Source: a virus
Strand: one strand, 5' to 3'
Virus record (IMG/VR): IMGVR_UViG_3300044472_000055
Span: 57,352-121,351 of that record
DNA: 64,000 nucleotides
In this document: one piece after another, positions 29,744 to 40,636 of the stretch
How the letters are laid out: the number at the start of each line of letters is the position of its first letter
Numbering within the stretch: position 1 is the stretch's first letter
Notes under the pieces: generated by a model
Database searches by the model: none
Told to the model about the DNA's origin: nothing
Seen by the model: the letters and a program-made list of their open reading frames with translations, nothing else
Position numbers and translations under genes: made by a program

Positions 29744-30183
29744 TGAATCGACCAACAACCGTCATCAACATGAACACCGCCCGCTCCGCCGTGCAGGAGG
29801 CCAAGCGAGAGGGCCGCTACGTGCCGATCGATCGCACGACGATCTGGGGCAATCCGTTCTATCTCGGCACCGATGGAAACCGTGACGAGGTGATCAAGAA
29901 GTTCGAGGCGTACCTGCTCGGCAACGAGGTGTTGATGCGTCAGGTGTGGACGCTACGTGGCAAGGTGCTCGGCTGCCACTGCGCACCGATGCGATGCCAT
30001 GGCGAAGTGCTCGCACGTCTCGCTGACGCGACGAGCGTGTCGACGGCGTCCGATAGTGGAACCGTCTCGACAAAGATCCCGCACGAGTACCTATCGGCCG
30101 GTGATGCGCCCGGCGCCGACGGTGATCGACCATTCACCGGTTGCTACATCTGCGGCGGCTCGCGGAAGGATCATGTGAAGTAG
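29743..30183 (+). CDS. DUF4326 family protein
   Basis: IDR.TIWGNPF...R.EVI.KF...LRGKVLGCHCAP..CHGEVL. Confidence 0.85.
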   Translation: MNRPTTVINMNTARSAVQEAKREGRYVPIDRTTIWGNPFYLGTDGNRDEVIKKFEAYLLGNEVLMRQVWTLRGKVLGCHCAPMRCHGEVLARLADATSVSTASDSGTVSTKIPHEYLSAGDAPGADGDRPFTGCYICGGSRKDHVK

Positions 30184-30200
30184 TCGACTACGATCTCGTC

Positions 30201-30293
30201 ATTGCGTAGCGATGCCCTGCGCGGCTTTGCGACGCTATGCCTAGCACTGTGTGGCACTGCGCTGCGCTGCTCGGCATTCCACTCCAAGGTCAC
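30201..30293 (+). repeat. pentamer tract 1: (NNN-GY)x15 + CCAAGGTCAC; putative guide-like RNA
   Basis: GC/GT every 5 nt from 30204 to 30274; tail at 30284. Confidence 0.85.
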
Positions 30294-30369
30294 CCTCGTC
30301 TAGCTAACTTGACGAGCTGTTTCGCCTATGGGACGCTCTCCTCATCCCAATCACTACGGGAGAGGAAAT

Positions 30370-30462
30370 ATGGCAAAGAAGAAGCACTGCAAGTTCGGCA
30401 AGGTCTCGCGCGGTCGCCGCAAGGGCCAGTGTCGCAAGTCGCGCAAGACCAAGCGCAAGTAA
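30370..30462 (+). CDS. 30-aa protamine-like basic peptide
   Basis: MAKKKHCKFGKVSRGRRKGQCRKSRKTKRK with GAGGA RBS; below the ORF-track cutoff. Confidence 0.65.
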   Translation: MAKKKHCKFGKVSRGRRKGQCRKSRKTKRK

Positions 30463-30555
30463 GGTCGACGCGAACGTGATCGCCGTCGAGTGCATCTCCC
30501 GTAGGTAGCGCTCGGCGGCGATTTCGTTTCAACCACCCTAAGACGAGGTCATCTC

Positions 30556-30861
30556 ATGCAGGTCTTGAAAACGTTCGAGCAGACTTGGCAATTCAAGCCC
30601 GGTGACCCGAACCAGTATCAGCGCGAAGCTTACGTCGGCGTTCCCGGCGGCTACGGCTCCTTCTACTTCGACCGCGTCCCGAACACCGCGACCCTCGGCA
30701 ACGTTCGTGGCCTCGGCTTCTGGTCGAGCATCCCTTCGCTCGGTCAGGCCGCGATCGTCGCGGTGCTCGCCACGGCAGCGGGCTACCTCGGCATGAAGCA
30801 TCTCGGCCCGACGGTGAAGCAGAAGTTCGGTCTCTCGGGCGCCCGGCGCCGTCGGCGGTAA
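30556..30861 (+). CDS. small membrane protein ending GLSGARRRRR
   Basis: GAGG RBS, TM segment, basic tail. Confidence 0.7.
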   Translation: MQVLKTFEQTWQFKPGDPNQYQREAYVGVPGGYGSFYFDRVPNTATLGNVRGLGFWSSIPSLGQAAIVAVLATAAGYLGMKHLGPTVKQKFGLSGARRRRR

Positions 30862-30866
30862 CCGCC

Positions 30867-33800
30867 ATGGCCCTCATCATGGGTCTGGAAGGGCTGCGCG
30901 GAAACCGACTCCTCGGTGTTCGCGGGCTCGGGCTCATTCCGCCGGCACGTGCGACGACGCTCGCCGGCCTCTACGGCACGTTCGATATCATCAAGCGCCA
31001 CCCACTTTTGATCCTTACCGGCATCATCGCAGGTGGCTGGTGGGCAGCTTCAAAGCTCGACGGCCCCAAGGGCTCGGCAGACGCGTGGGGCTCGCAGCGT
31101 ATGGCGCAGTCACGCGCCCGTGCCCTCAGTGGAGCGCAACAGACGAAGATCGGGAGCGTGACGGTGGTTCGTGATGGTCGTCGCGTGTACACCATGCGCA
31201 ACGGCAAGGTCCGCACTGACCGTACGCACGACGATGAGGCCACGGCACGCCACGATTACAAAGCGACAATCGACTACTACGCGGAGCCGTAATGAGCAAA
31301 AGCAGCAAGCGCACTGAAGCCTCTCGTCTCGCGACTCGTCGTCGCTTCGAGGAAGCGGCGCCTCCACGCCACACGTCGATCATCGTGCGCGGCCCCAAGA
31401 AGAGCGCGAAGCGCGCGGCCGCTCGCCATGGCATCTCGACCGAGAGCTGCTACGAGCAGGGCAAGGACGTGCAGTGCTTCGTCCCCTGCACCCCGAGCAC
31501 GAGCGATCGCCTCGACAAGTGGTACGGCAAGGGTCCTCGCAATCGCAGCACGACGCGGACGTGGGCCGCGCCCGGCACGCTGCTCTACGTCGGCCGCTGT
31601 CCGGCACCGGGGCTCAGCGGCGCACGTCGTCGCAAGCGCAGGTAGCCCGCGCATCCGGCTTTCAAGCCGTGTAGGCTCGGAGCATGGCGAAAACACGCGC
31701 ATGCGCAGCACCCGGAACAGTCTATGAAATGCACGGCGGGCGTCTGCAAAAGACCTCAATCGACAAGACGTACTGCGGCAGTATCGAGAAGGTCACTAGC
31801 ATCAAACATGGTGATTTCCGCGTGTCACAGCATGTTGTCGTGATCTCCGCTGGTGGCCGAAAGTTGTGGGTGCCCGTCAGCCGTATCAAGGCTGGGAAGG
31901 CACGCCACAAGCGCTGAGCGTAGGTAGCTCGCGCATCCGGCTTTCAAGCCGTGTAGGCTTGAGGGTATGGCAAAGCGCAGCTGGAAGAGGGTCCACAAGT
32001 CGAGTGGAGCCACGGTTATCGAGCGGGGCCCCAAGGGCGCTGCACGCTGGGCTGTGTCCTGCAACGGTGATCATGATCGTGGTTCTTCGACGAGCGTTGC
32101 TCGCGCAAAGACCGCAGCAACCCGCGCCGCGAAACGCATGAAGAAGGGCTAGTTCAATGAAGGCGATCCAAACGAAGTATTCCGGCCCGACGAACACGCG
32201 CGGCTCGCGCGTTGTCGCGACCGATGGTGATGGACACCGCGTGTCTGTGCCGTTCGATGATTCGACCGGCGGAACGCAAGGCGCGCATCGTAGGGCTGCG
32301 CTTGCTCTGTGCAAGAAGCTGGACTGGAACGGCTGCGAACGTCTCGTCGGTGGTGCACTCGCGAAGGGTTACGCCTTCGTGTTCGTACCGTCTGATTGCA
32401 GGTGCGCACGGCCGCTCGAAGGCTTGCGCGGAACACGAGGTCGTCGTCAGAAAGGACGTCGCTAGCCATGGCCACGCCGAAGAAGAACATCGAGTGGAAC
32501 AAGGTGCCCGCGACCGCGTGCATCGAAGATCGCGGCAAGTACTACGTCGCGCACATGGGCCGTACGTCGGCCGTCGTGTTCTGGGGCAGCCAGGATGCGC
32601 GTCAGGCGCAGGCCACGCTCTGGGCGCTCGCGCAGGGCAGCAAGAACCAGCGCATCTGCGGTGATCTCTTCCGCAAGACGCGGCCGCTTCCCGGCCTGCG
32701 TGGTGCGCGCCGTCGTCGGAGGAAGTGATCATGGCGAAACAACGTTTTCGAGCAATCGGTCCCAACGAAGATCATCACGCCGGTTCTTTTCAGCGTGCGC
32801 TTCATCTCGCGACGGAGCGCTCGCTCGCGCTACGCAGCACGTATGAGGTGGTTCGCTGCGTCCCCGACAAGCGCCATCCTGAAGGAGAGTCGTGCACGGG
32901 GTTGGCTCGCGTGACGGTGCGGCGCACGGGGGAAGCACGTCCCGCCAAGCGCCGCCGCCGTGAGGGAGACGAATAGTCGTGGCGAAGAAATGCAAACCGA
33001 CTGCACGTCAGATCTGCTCGGCGTCTACCGCCGACAGTCGTGGCGTCTTCATGCGTGGTGACGTTCGTACGGCAGCTGGTTCGGTGTGCATCGCCGACTG
33101 GATGCTTCGCCACGGTCACTTCGAGAAAGCTGGTCGTGCGGCTGGCGGGCGTCCACTGTACATCATGACGCGCAAGGGTCGCCGTATGTCCGAGAAGGCG
33201 TGCGAGACGGTCTACGGACGTCGCGGAAGGAAGTAGCTCGTGCCGAAGAAGCCCAAGTTCGAGAAGCTCTCGATCAACATGGAGCGTCGCGGTGAGCTGC
33301 GCTACGCCACGGCGTACAACGCACGTGACGCCGCGAAGATCGCGACGAAAGCTGCAAAGCAGGGCTGGGATACGACGGTGCAGTCGTTCAGCAGCCTCGG
33401 CACGAAGCGCGGCATTTACATGGAGTGCCACTCGTCGAAGGTCAGCGCCGGACGTGATCCGGGTTTTCTTGCGAAGGCTGTCGCACGCTGCAAGCTGAGC
33501 CCCGCATTCAAGAAGCGCCTGCGAGGTCGCTGATGCGTAAGGGTCCGCTGACCAACCGCGAGGTCAAAGCCGTGACCAGCGCAGTTCTAGACGAAGTCCT
33601 GATGGGCTCGAAATCGAAGGTGGTAGGCTCGGGCATGGCGAAGAAGCGGAAGAGGGTTGGTCTCGGTTCGATGAAGCTGGTTGATGCCATTCGTCCGGGC
33701 TGCCGCGTGACGATCGTCAACCGCTTCGGTCAACAGCGCACCGGTACGGCCGTCATGCGTGGCCCACACGGTTGGGTGTTGAACATGGGCGGCAAGCACG

Positions 33801-34387
33801 GCACACCGGGCATCGCGACCGACGACAACACCAACCGCGTCGTCTGCAAGAAGAGGTAGGTCATGGCGAAGAGGAAGAAGACCCCACATCACGGCACGTG
33901 TTACTGCGCAGCTCAGCGCGATGCGGCGGGCGTCACCAACATGGTGTGCGCTCGCTCAAAGAAACACGTGCGTCGTCTCGCGTCGCGCCTCGGGCGTGGC
34001 TACGACAAGAAGCACGGGCGCTATGGCAAGGTCTTCCGCGCCGTCCCCACCAACTGCTAGGAGATCGTCATCATGCCTCGCAAGCCGCTACCGAAGAGTC
34101 CGTGTGATTGGGATCAGGGCTCTACTCGCCGTATCTATGAAGCACTCGGGCTCAACAGCACGGGCGCGAACAAGATCCCCAAGAACATGCATGGTCGCTA
34201 CAAGGTCGACGGTTACACTGTCATCGTGAAGCGGTCGGCCCCCGGTCAACGCGGAACCGGCAAGCATCGCGTCTTCGTCGACATCGGCGGGCGAGATATT
34301 CCGGCTGGACGCGTGTATCAAGCCGCGTGTCAGCGGTACAAGCTGCGTCAGAAGCGTCGTCGCGCCGCTCGCGCCGCTCGCCGCTAG
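30867..34387 (+). other. cluster of small highly basic CDSs (30867-31292, 31292-31645, 31684-31917, 31967-32152, 32157-32465, 32468-32728, 32731-32976, 32979-33236, 33240-33533, 33533-33859, 33863-34060, 34073-34387)
   Basis: tightly packed; MAK/MPK/MSK starts; Arg/Lys/Cys-rich; several L-[SR]-G + poly-R ends. Confidence 0.7.
31641..31959 (+). repeat. 37-bp direct repeat (31641-31677 and 31923-31959), each ending in TAGGCT just before an ATG
   Basis: GGTAGC(C/T)CGCGCATCCGGCTTTCAAGCCGTGTAGGCT, 1 mismatch. Confidence 0.85.
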
Positions 34388-34744
34388 TCCTTGTAGCGCC
34401 CGCCGCTGGGCACTACCGGCTCCTCGCGCTCACGGATGTTGATCGTGATGCCATCGGGAGGCTCACCGCTTACGGTGACGGCCTTCCCTTGTGTGAGCTG
34501 CGGGTATGTCTTCATGGCCCACTCGTGCAAGATCGAGCGGATGTCATGCGCGGACAGCTTGATCTCGTGCTTCATGTGTCGTTAGGCGGGACGTAGAAGT
34601 CCGACGAGGAATGGGGTTGTGGCGGCACTTCGTCGATACGCGATGGTGTCACGCACCGTCCGCACTTGAGGCGCTGGTCGCCGACGAGCGCGAACCACGT
34701 CTTGAACACGCGGCGCCCACATACTTCGCAAGTAGTCGTCAGTG

Positions 34745-35467
34745 TCATCGCGTCGACACCGTTTCAGGCACGGGGGTCCATGCTGTGATGGCGCGTTCGA
34801 GCGGTAGATGCACGACTTCGATGCCGTACTTGCTCGCAAGATCGTTGATGTCGATCTGCTTGCCGCCGACGTACACGGCGCCGTAGACGATGCGCTTGAT
34901 GCCGACTTGCAGTACAGCCATGAAGCAGTCGCGGCACGTACTCGCCGTCGTGTAGAGCGTGCTGCCTTCGAGACGAACGCCGTGACGCGCTGCCGTGATG
35001 ATCGCGTTCTTCTCGGCGTGGATTGTTCGTACGCAGCTCTGGCGCCCGTTGATCTCGACGAGGTCATGGCCGACTTCGTCACACGATGGTAGACCGCTCG
35101 GTGCACCGCCGTAGCCCGTCGACAGGATGCGATGATCGGGTGAGACCACGACCGCGCCGATGCGGGCGCGATCGCAGCTCATGCGCAGTGACACGGCGTC
35201 GGCGATGACCATGAAGTACGTGTCCCATTCGGGACGTGTACGAGGCTTGGGGTCGGGCTTGCGCCCGAGCAGCTCGATCAGTTTCGGCCGATTCGGGATG
35301 TCTCCGGCTAGGATCTCACGACAGAGCTTCAGCAACTCAGGTACGTCTGAGAAACGGATCGATTCACCCTGCAGCGCGCACACGCCGCAGAGCAGTCGGC
35401 CACCATCACCGACGTAGCGAGGGTAGTTACCGGTTCGATCGCCACAGCCATCACAGTAGGTCGCCAT
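34745..35467 (-). CDS. dCMP deaminase family protein with N-terminal Zn finger
   Basis: RPEWDTYFM, SC.R..IGAV, STGY.GAP.G, HAEKNA, STCRDC; start set by promoter motif at 35475-35495. Confidence 0.88.
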   Translation of the reverse strand: MATYCDGCGDRTGNYPRYVGDGGRLLCGVCALQGESIRFSDVPELLKLCREILAGDIPNRPKLIELLGRKPDPKPRTRPEWDTYFMVIADAVSLRMSCDRARIGAVVVSPDHRILSTGYGGAPSGLPSCDEVGHDLVEINGRQSCVRTIHAEKNAIITAARHGVRLEGSTLYTTASTCRDCFMAVLQVGIKRIVYGAVYVGGKQIDINDLASKYGIEVVHLPLERAITAWTPVPETVSTR

Positions 35468-35809
35468 CGATAGCAGGCTATATGCTGGGGCTGACACTCA
35501 GGTGCCCGGGGGCGGAAGCGGGTTTTTGGGCATCATCCGCCACAGCTCACCGTACGTAATCTCGCCGTCGTAGTAGAGCACCGTGAGGAAATCGAGGGCC
35601 TCGTTCTGCTCGTCGGTGAGCTTGTGGCAGCCCTCGTTGCTCATATCAGCCGTTGACAGGATCTGCCGGCAATACTCGATAGCGACAGCGGTCTTGAGGC
35701 GAGCTAGTTCATCGAATCGCATGCCTCGTAAGTCGTTCGAGGCTCAACGGTTGTGACAGGAGCCGAAACGCCAACGATTTCGCCATTCAGCTCTGGTAGG
35801 CTCGGGGGC

Positions 35810-37015
35810 ATGCCCTACGCCATTATCGACCCTTCGGGGGCTGTGCGAACCGTCGTCGACGGCGATGCACAGGAGGCTGTCCACGTTGCTTCGCAGTTCA
35901 GCCCATTCGTGCAGGTCGAGGATGACCTTCGCCACGATGCCGAAGCGCTCGGTGGCGCGTTGGGTGACATCGATCTTGGTCGCGTCGGCTTCGAGAATCG
36001 CCCGCGTCTTGCTTTTGAACGCTCGGGCTTGCCGCATATCGATTACGCCGAGGCGATGGCGATGAGCGCGGCCGAAGCACACCAACGGCTGCTGCCTTTC
36101 TTCCCCACCGAGCGGTTCCGGAAGTCGGGCGAGCGCATTGCGGTCAACACCTACGCGACCCCGCGTAGCATGGCCGACGCACTGCTCGGTCAGAACTACA
36201 AAACGGCGAAGAAGGACTCCGATCAACGGCCTGCTGACGTGCAGGGACTCAGCCTTGTCCCACAGCGCTACATGCACGACTTGCGGCCGGGCTCGATCCC
36301 GAACCACATCAATCTGTGCGTCGGCGCCAGCAAGGCGTGCGTGCAGTCGTGCCTCGTGTATTCGGGACACAACACGATCGATCCGTACAACCTCGTCGTG
36401 AAGATCGCTCGCACGCAGGCGCTGATCGGCGAGCCGCTCGCGTTTGTTCGTCTGCTCGGTGAGAGCATCACACGCTTCCAGGCCTCTGCGAAGCGGGCCA
36501 GCTACGAGCCCTACGTGCGGCTCAACGTGTTCTCGGACATCCCGTGGGAGCTGGTGTGCCCCGGCCTGTTTGCGGCATTCTCAAACCTTCAGTTCTACGA
36601 TTACACGAAGGTCGAGGGGCGCAATCCGCCGAGTAACTACGACATCACGTTCTCGTTCAGCGGCGTGAACCAAGAGCAGGTCAACTTCGAGATTGGCCGT
36701 GGGCGTCGTATCGCTGTCGTGTTCATTCCGCCCGAACGCATCCCTGCCGAAGGACGTCCACGCGGCGCAGGGTTGCCGACGTCGTTCTTGGGCCTTCCGG
36801 TCATCGATGGTGATGTCAGTGACGTGCGTCCTCGTGATGCAGCGCCTGCCATCGTTGGCCTGCGCTGGAAGGTCCCGATGGGGCGCCAGAAGGAATCGAT
36901 CGCGATGGCCAAGCAGCTGGCGTTTGCCGTGCCTGTTACAGTAGTGGACGGGCAGCTGATCGCCGCCACGAGTGCGCGGCAGGAGCCCATCGCTGACGCG
37001 GATGAGGAGAACTGA
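35810..37015 (+). CDS. phage gp88-like protein with Cys cluster
   Basis: NLCVGASKACVQSCL..SG, VRLNVFSDIPWE, QFYDYTK, NYDITFSFS, IDGD.SD.R..D, IVGLRWK. Confidence 0.7.
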   Translation: MPYAIIDPSGAVRTVVDGDAQEAVHVASQFSPFVQVEDDLRHDAEALGGALGDIDLGRVGFENRPRLAFERSGLPHIDYAEAMAMSAAEAHQRLLPFFPTERFRKSGERIAVNTYATPRSMADALLGQNYKTAKKDSDQRPADVQGLSLVPQRYMHDLRPGSIPNHINLCVGASKACVQSCLVYSGHNTIDPYNLVVKIARTQALIGEPLAFVRLLGESITRFQASAKRASYEPYVRLNVFSDIPWELVCPGLFAAFSNLQFYDYTKVEGRNPPSNYDITFSFSGVNQEQVNFEIGRGRRIAVVFIPPERIPAEGRPRGAGLPTSFLGLPVIDGDVSDVRPRDAAPAIVGLRWKVPMGRQKESIAMAKQLAFAVPVTVVDGQLIAATSARQEPIADADEEN

Positions 37016-37017
37016 TC

Positions 37018-37245
37018 ATGGCGAAGTGCCGTCGAATGACCACCAAAGAGCTTGCCAAGCAGCTAGGCGAGAAGAAGGGCCGCAAGCTCTCCGCTGAGGA
37101 ACTGGCAAGCATCAAAGTGATGCCGCCGCAGTTCATCTGTGAAGGCGCCGCACCCGAAGGGATGGCGCTTCCTGACGCGCCCGCTCGTCCGGCAGGCAAG
37201 GTCGGCTTCGACCTATCTGGTGCGAAGAAACGCCGTGCCAGCTAG
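37018..37245 (+). CDS. small basic protein ending DLSGAKKRRAS
   Basis: same tail motif as the 30-34 kb cluster. Confidence 0.6.
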   Translation: MAKCRRMTTKELAKQLGEKKGRKLSAEELASIKVMPPQFICEGAAPEGMALPDAPARPAGKVGFDLSGAKKRRAS

Positions 37246-37696
37246 CTGCCCACGTCTCGTCTTCAAGACGATCAAGTACGGACGCGAGGACGTCCGTGCG
37301 CGTCGCATCGAAGCACGAGACACGAACAAGCAATTCATGGGCGCCGTGACGGTAACATCGTGGGGCAACGGGCTCGCGCCACGCGTCACGCACATCGAGG
37401 TCAACGAAGACGCCCGCAAGTGCGGCATCGGCACCAAGCTCTACGAGCAAGCCGCGAAGGTCTCGTGCAAGACGTTCAAACAGCCGCTGCACAGCGACAT
37501 CGAACGATCGAAGGCTGCCGACGGGTTCTGGCAGAAGCAGGTGCGGAAGGGCCGCGCAACGTGCGTGAAGCCTCAAGTGCCTTTCAACGAAGACGCCTTC
37601 GACGAGACACCTACGCAAGGCCGCAGTGGTTGCTACCAGTACGCCCTCAAACAGTGCCCGGCACCGGCTTCGCTTGCGGGTCGTCGCCGCCGCTGA
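37220..37696 (+). CDS. GNAT-fold acetyltransferase-like protein ending LAGRRRR
   Basis: HIEVNEDARKCGIGTKLYE (acetyl-CoA binding motif A), A.GFW; start uncertain. Confidence 0.65.
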   Translation: MRRNAVPASCPRLVFKTIKYGREDVRARRIEARDTNKQFMGAVTVTSWGNGLAPRVTHIEVNEDARKCGIGTKLYEQAAKVSCKTFKQPLHSDIERSKAADGFWQKQVRKGRATCVKPQVPFNEDAFDETPTQGRSGCYQYALKQCPAPASLAGRRRR

Positions 37697-37924
37697 GCGC
37701 GCGCGCTTGAACGATCGAGCAGAAGCGCTCAGCCGCTTCCATGGTGTTTGATGCCTCGAACAACTCTTCTTCTACGTTCACGCCTCGATCATCGAAACGG
37801 CTGACAGAGATGCGGCCGTCTTCCAGGCGATAGATCATCCAATTGCCGCAGCCTACGTGCACGTCTGCCGACAGCGGCAGCTGCAACACGTGCATGACGG
37901 CTTCCCATAGATCGTCCAGCATGG

Positions 37925-38578
37925 TCAGTGGGTCGGAAAGTATTGAAGCCTGAGCCCACGCTTTTCGAGCGTTGCGTGATTGAGCGTCCAGCCGCAGATA
38001 CAACGTGGCTCTAGCTCGTTTTGTGGCGGGTGACGAGAGTCGTCGGCGAACTGCTTCGAGAAACGCCCCGAGGGCGCGTGCTTCACGTCGTAAGCGGTCG
38101 GCGCCTGTGAGCACACGGCGAAGTAATCGTCGCCGTCGCGCCGAACAACAGGCCACACGGCGGGGGTCTCATAGCTCTGCTCGCGTGGGAGCTTCCAAAC
38201 TTCCGTGCGTGCCTCGCAGGAGCATTCGATGAGGCTCGTGTGCACCGTCGGCTTGTTTTGCAGCGATGGGCCGGGCCATCGCATCGTACGTACTGGGCGA
38301 TGCGCGGGATCTTTGTGCCCTGTGCCCTTCGCGCAGTAGTACGTGAGGTGATCGAATCCGAGCCACTTCGTCCACTCAGGTGGTTCGCTACGATCGGACA
38401 TCACGTCTCGCGGCCACTCCGTGATCTCGACGGAGTGTCGCCGCCATAGCACGGCAAGGATGGCGCGTTCGAGCCCCCGATCGGCCGGTTCGTAGAGCTG
38501 ATCTTTGATCCAGATCAACGTCGCATCGGCGAGCTGATCGAGATCCTCGATGAAGGCCCTATAGCGCGGATCGCTCAT
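37925..38578 (-). CDS. hypothetical protein
   Basis: 217-aa ATG ORF coupled to 38575. Confidence 0.55.
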   Translation of the reverse strand: MSDPRYRAFIEDLDQLADATLIWIKDQLYEPADRGLERAILAVLWRRHSVEITEWPRDVMSDRSEPPEWTKWLGFDHLTYYCAKGTGHKDPAHRPVRTMRWPGPSLQNKPTVHTSLIECSCEARTEVWKLPREQSYETPAVWPVVRRDGDDYFAVCSQAPTAYDVKHAPSGRFSKQFADDSRHPPQNELEPRCICGWTLNHATLEKRGLRLQYFPTH

Positions 38579-39048
38579 GGCTTCGCCATCGGGTGCTTGT
38601 CGGAGAGCACCAACGCCTCGAAGAATTCGTTGCTGAGGAGATGATTGCCGCGTGCTCTACGAAGCAGCTTGATCGCTTCTTTCGCGTCGAGGCCTTGGTG
38701 ACGTAGCGCCCAACCACAGACCCATGCGGAGCGATTGATGCCGGCGAGACACGTGACGAGCACGTTCTTGCCGGCGGTCAGCTGCTCGTGAACGAACTGC
38801 GCAGCTTCGACTGCACGCCAGTACTCGTGTTCGGCCGGTGGACCGTTGTCCATGATCGAGAAGTGCCTCACGACGACGTCGGTATGTTGATCCGCTTCGA
38901 CGTTACGCTCACGTGCACACGCAACGAGTACGTCGATGTTTGGATGGAACGGGCTGCCGCGACGCAGCGTTTGTGGGAACGGATGCGAGCCGATGTAGAG
39001 CATGCCGTGGACGTGGTCGACGTCTGCGTGATGTTCGATGGTGGTCAT
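38575..39048 (-). CDS. dual-specificity/tyrosine phosphatase
   Basis: LYIGS, IMD, VLVTCLAGINRSA (CX5R), EAIKLLRRAR. Confidence 0.85.
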   Translation of the reverse strand: MTTIEHHADVDHVHGMLYIGSHPFPQTLRRGSPFHPNIDVLVACARERNVEADQHTDVVVRHFSIMDNGPPAEHEYWRAVEAAQFVHEQLTAGKNVLVTCLAGINRSAWVCGWALRHQGLDAKEAIKLLRRARGNHLLSNEFFEALVLSDKHPMAKP

Positions 39049-40636
39049 CGTTTTCTCTGTTGCGCCGCTTTCTGCGCCGCTTTCTGGCGTTGATGTCTTC
39101 GATGGCGACGATTCCCGAAGCCTTGGTTGCCGACGCCACCATATGCACGTAGCTGCGCCATCGTATAGGCACGCATGAGCGCGTCGAAGTCTCGTTGCGA
39201 CAGATCGTCGGGCGTGCGCGGTGGTTTGATGCAGCCCTCCCATGCGACGAATGCGTGGCCGTACGCAGCAAACGTCGCGGGATGAAAGTTGCCGTGCTGC
39301 GCGATGCGCAACGAAAGGATCGCTGCTGTCATGCGACGACGCGCAGCTTGAGCCACCTTGGCGTTGTACTGCTCTTGTGGGCACGCGCGCCCAAAACGTT
39401 GCACAGACGTCATCTGATCCCACGCTAAGCGCTCGTCGTAATCGTCGAGGAGTCTCACAGCTTCTTTGCCCTGAATGGATGACGAAAGGCGTGTGGCGAC
39501 TCCGGGTTGCCGCAAGCCGCACAGAGGCGGGGCTCTGCTCGATCGAGTGCCGCTGCCCAGCTCTTGGTGAGACCCGCGAGGAAGCGCACGAACTCGACCT
39601 TCGCCTCGTCTGCGTTGATGCCGTCGAGCGGACGATCCTTGACAGATAACGTGTGACACGTACCAAACCATCCGTCGAGCCCCACCTTACGATGCACGAC
39701 GATCCGAAGAAACTCGACGCGCGTTTCCCAGATGCGGGGCTGGACGTTTCCACGCTCACCTGCGCTGTACGACGTTTGATCTTTCCATTCCAATGGCATC
39801 GGTTTGCTCCTATGACAGCCTTGCGGGCACGAGTGTGACCCCTGCATCAGCGAGATGCTTCGCTTGCAGCGGGAAGTGGATCGGGAACCACTTCAGCATG
39901 TCCTCCATGCTCGGCATCCCCTCGACGATGTAGCAGCTATTGCAACCACCGCGACGATCACCGTGCGTACGATCCCACCACGACATAATCGTGTAGCGCC
40001 CGCCGTGAACGCGATGCATGAGGAACAGGCCCTGCTCGCACTCAGTTGTGTTGTCGGCGATGCGCCGCCGCTCTACATCCGTTTCTGCACGACAGACGAA
40101 CGTGATCGAGCCACTCGCCTCGCGACGCGGTGCCCATCCACCATCGAGCCACGAATTTTCTCGGGCACATGCCGGTGCATCACTGTTCAAGCTGTACTGC
40201 CCTGCCACGCCGAACAAGAAGTGCCCGGCGCGATCCCAGCAGCCGTGCCACCAAACCTTGGTGTCCTCGTCGATAACCGTTTCAGTCCCCAGCGCGGGCA
40301 GGATCGTCGTCCACGACTCTCCACGCACGAGGGCCCACAACAGGTTCTCGACGCGGCGTAGCTCCATCGCAGCGCGCACGTTGCCGATGCGCTCGTAAGC
40401 GCGTGCGAGGTCGCCATGAGCACGCGCACACTTCTCGGTTTCAGTCATGGATGCCTCTCGATGCATTGCCACGAGCTGCAGCCGTCTTTGCTGCAGTTGT
40501 ACTCGTGGATGGCGCCGCCACGATCGACGCAGGCTTGCTGTTCACCGTGGCGCAGAACGGCCCACCACACGATCGCGGCGATGACGGCAAGCGCAACAAG
40601 CAGCCCGACTACCAGGTGCTTCTCGTTCGTGCGCAT
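39045..40636 (-). other. small hypothetical CDSs (39045-39458, 39455-39799, 39810-40448, 40445-40636)
   Basis: coupled ORFs. Confidence 0.5.
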
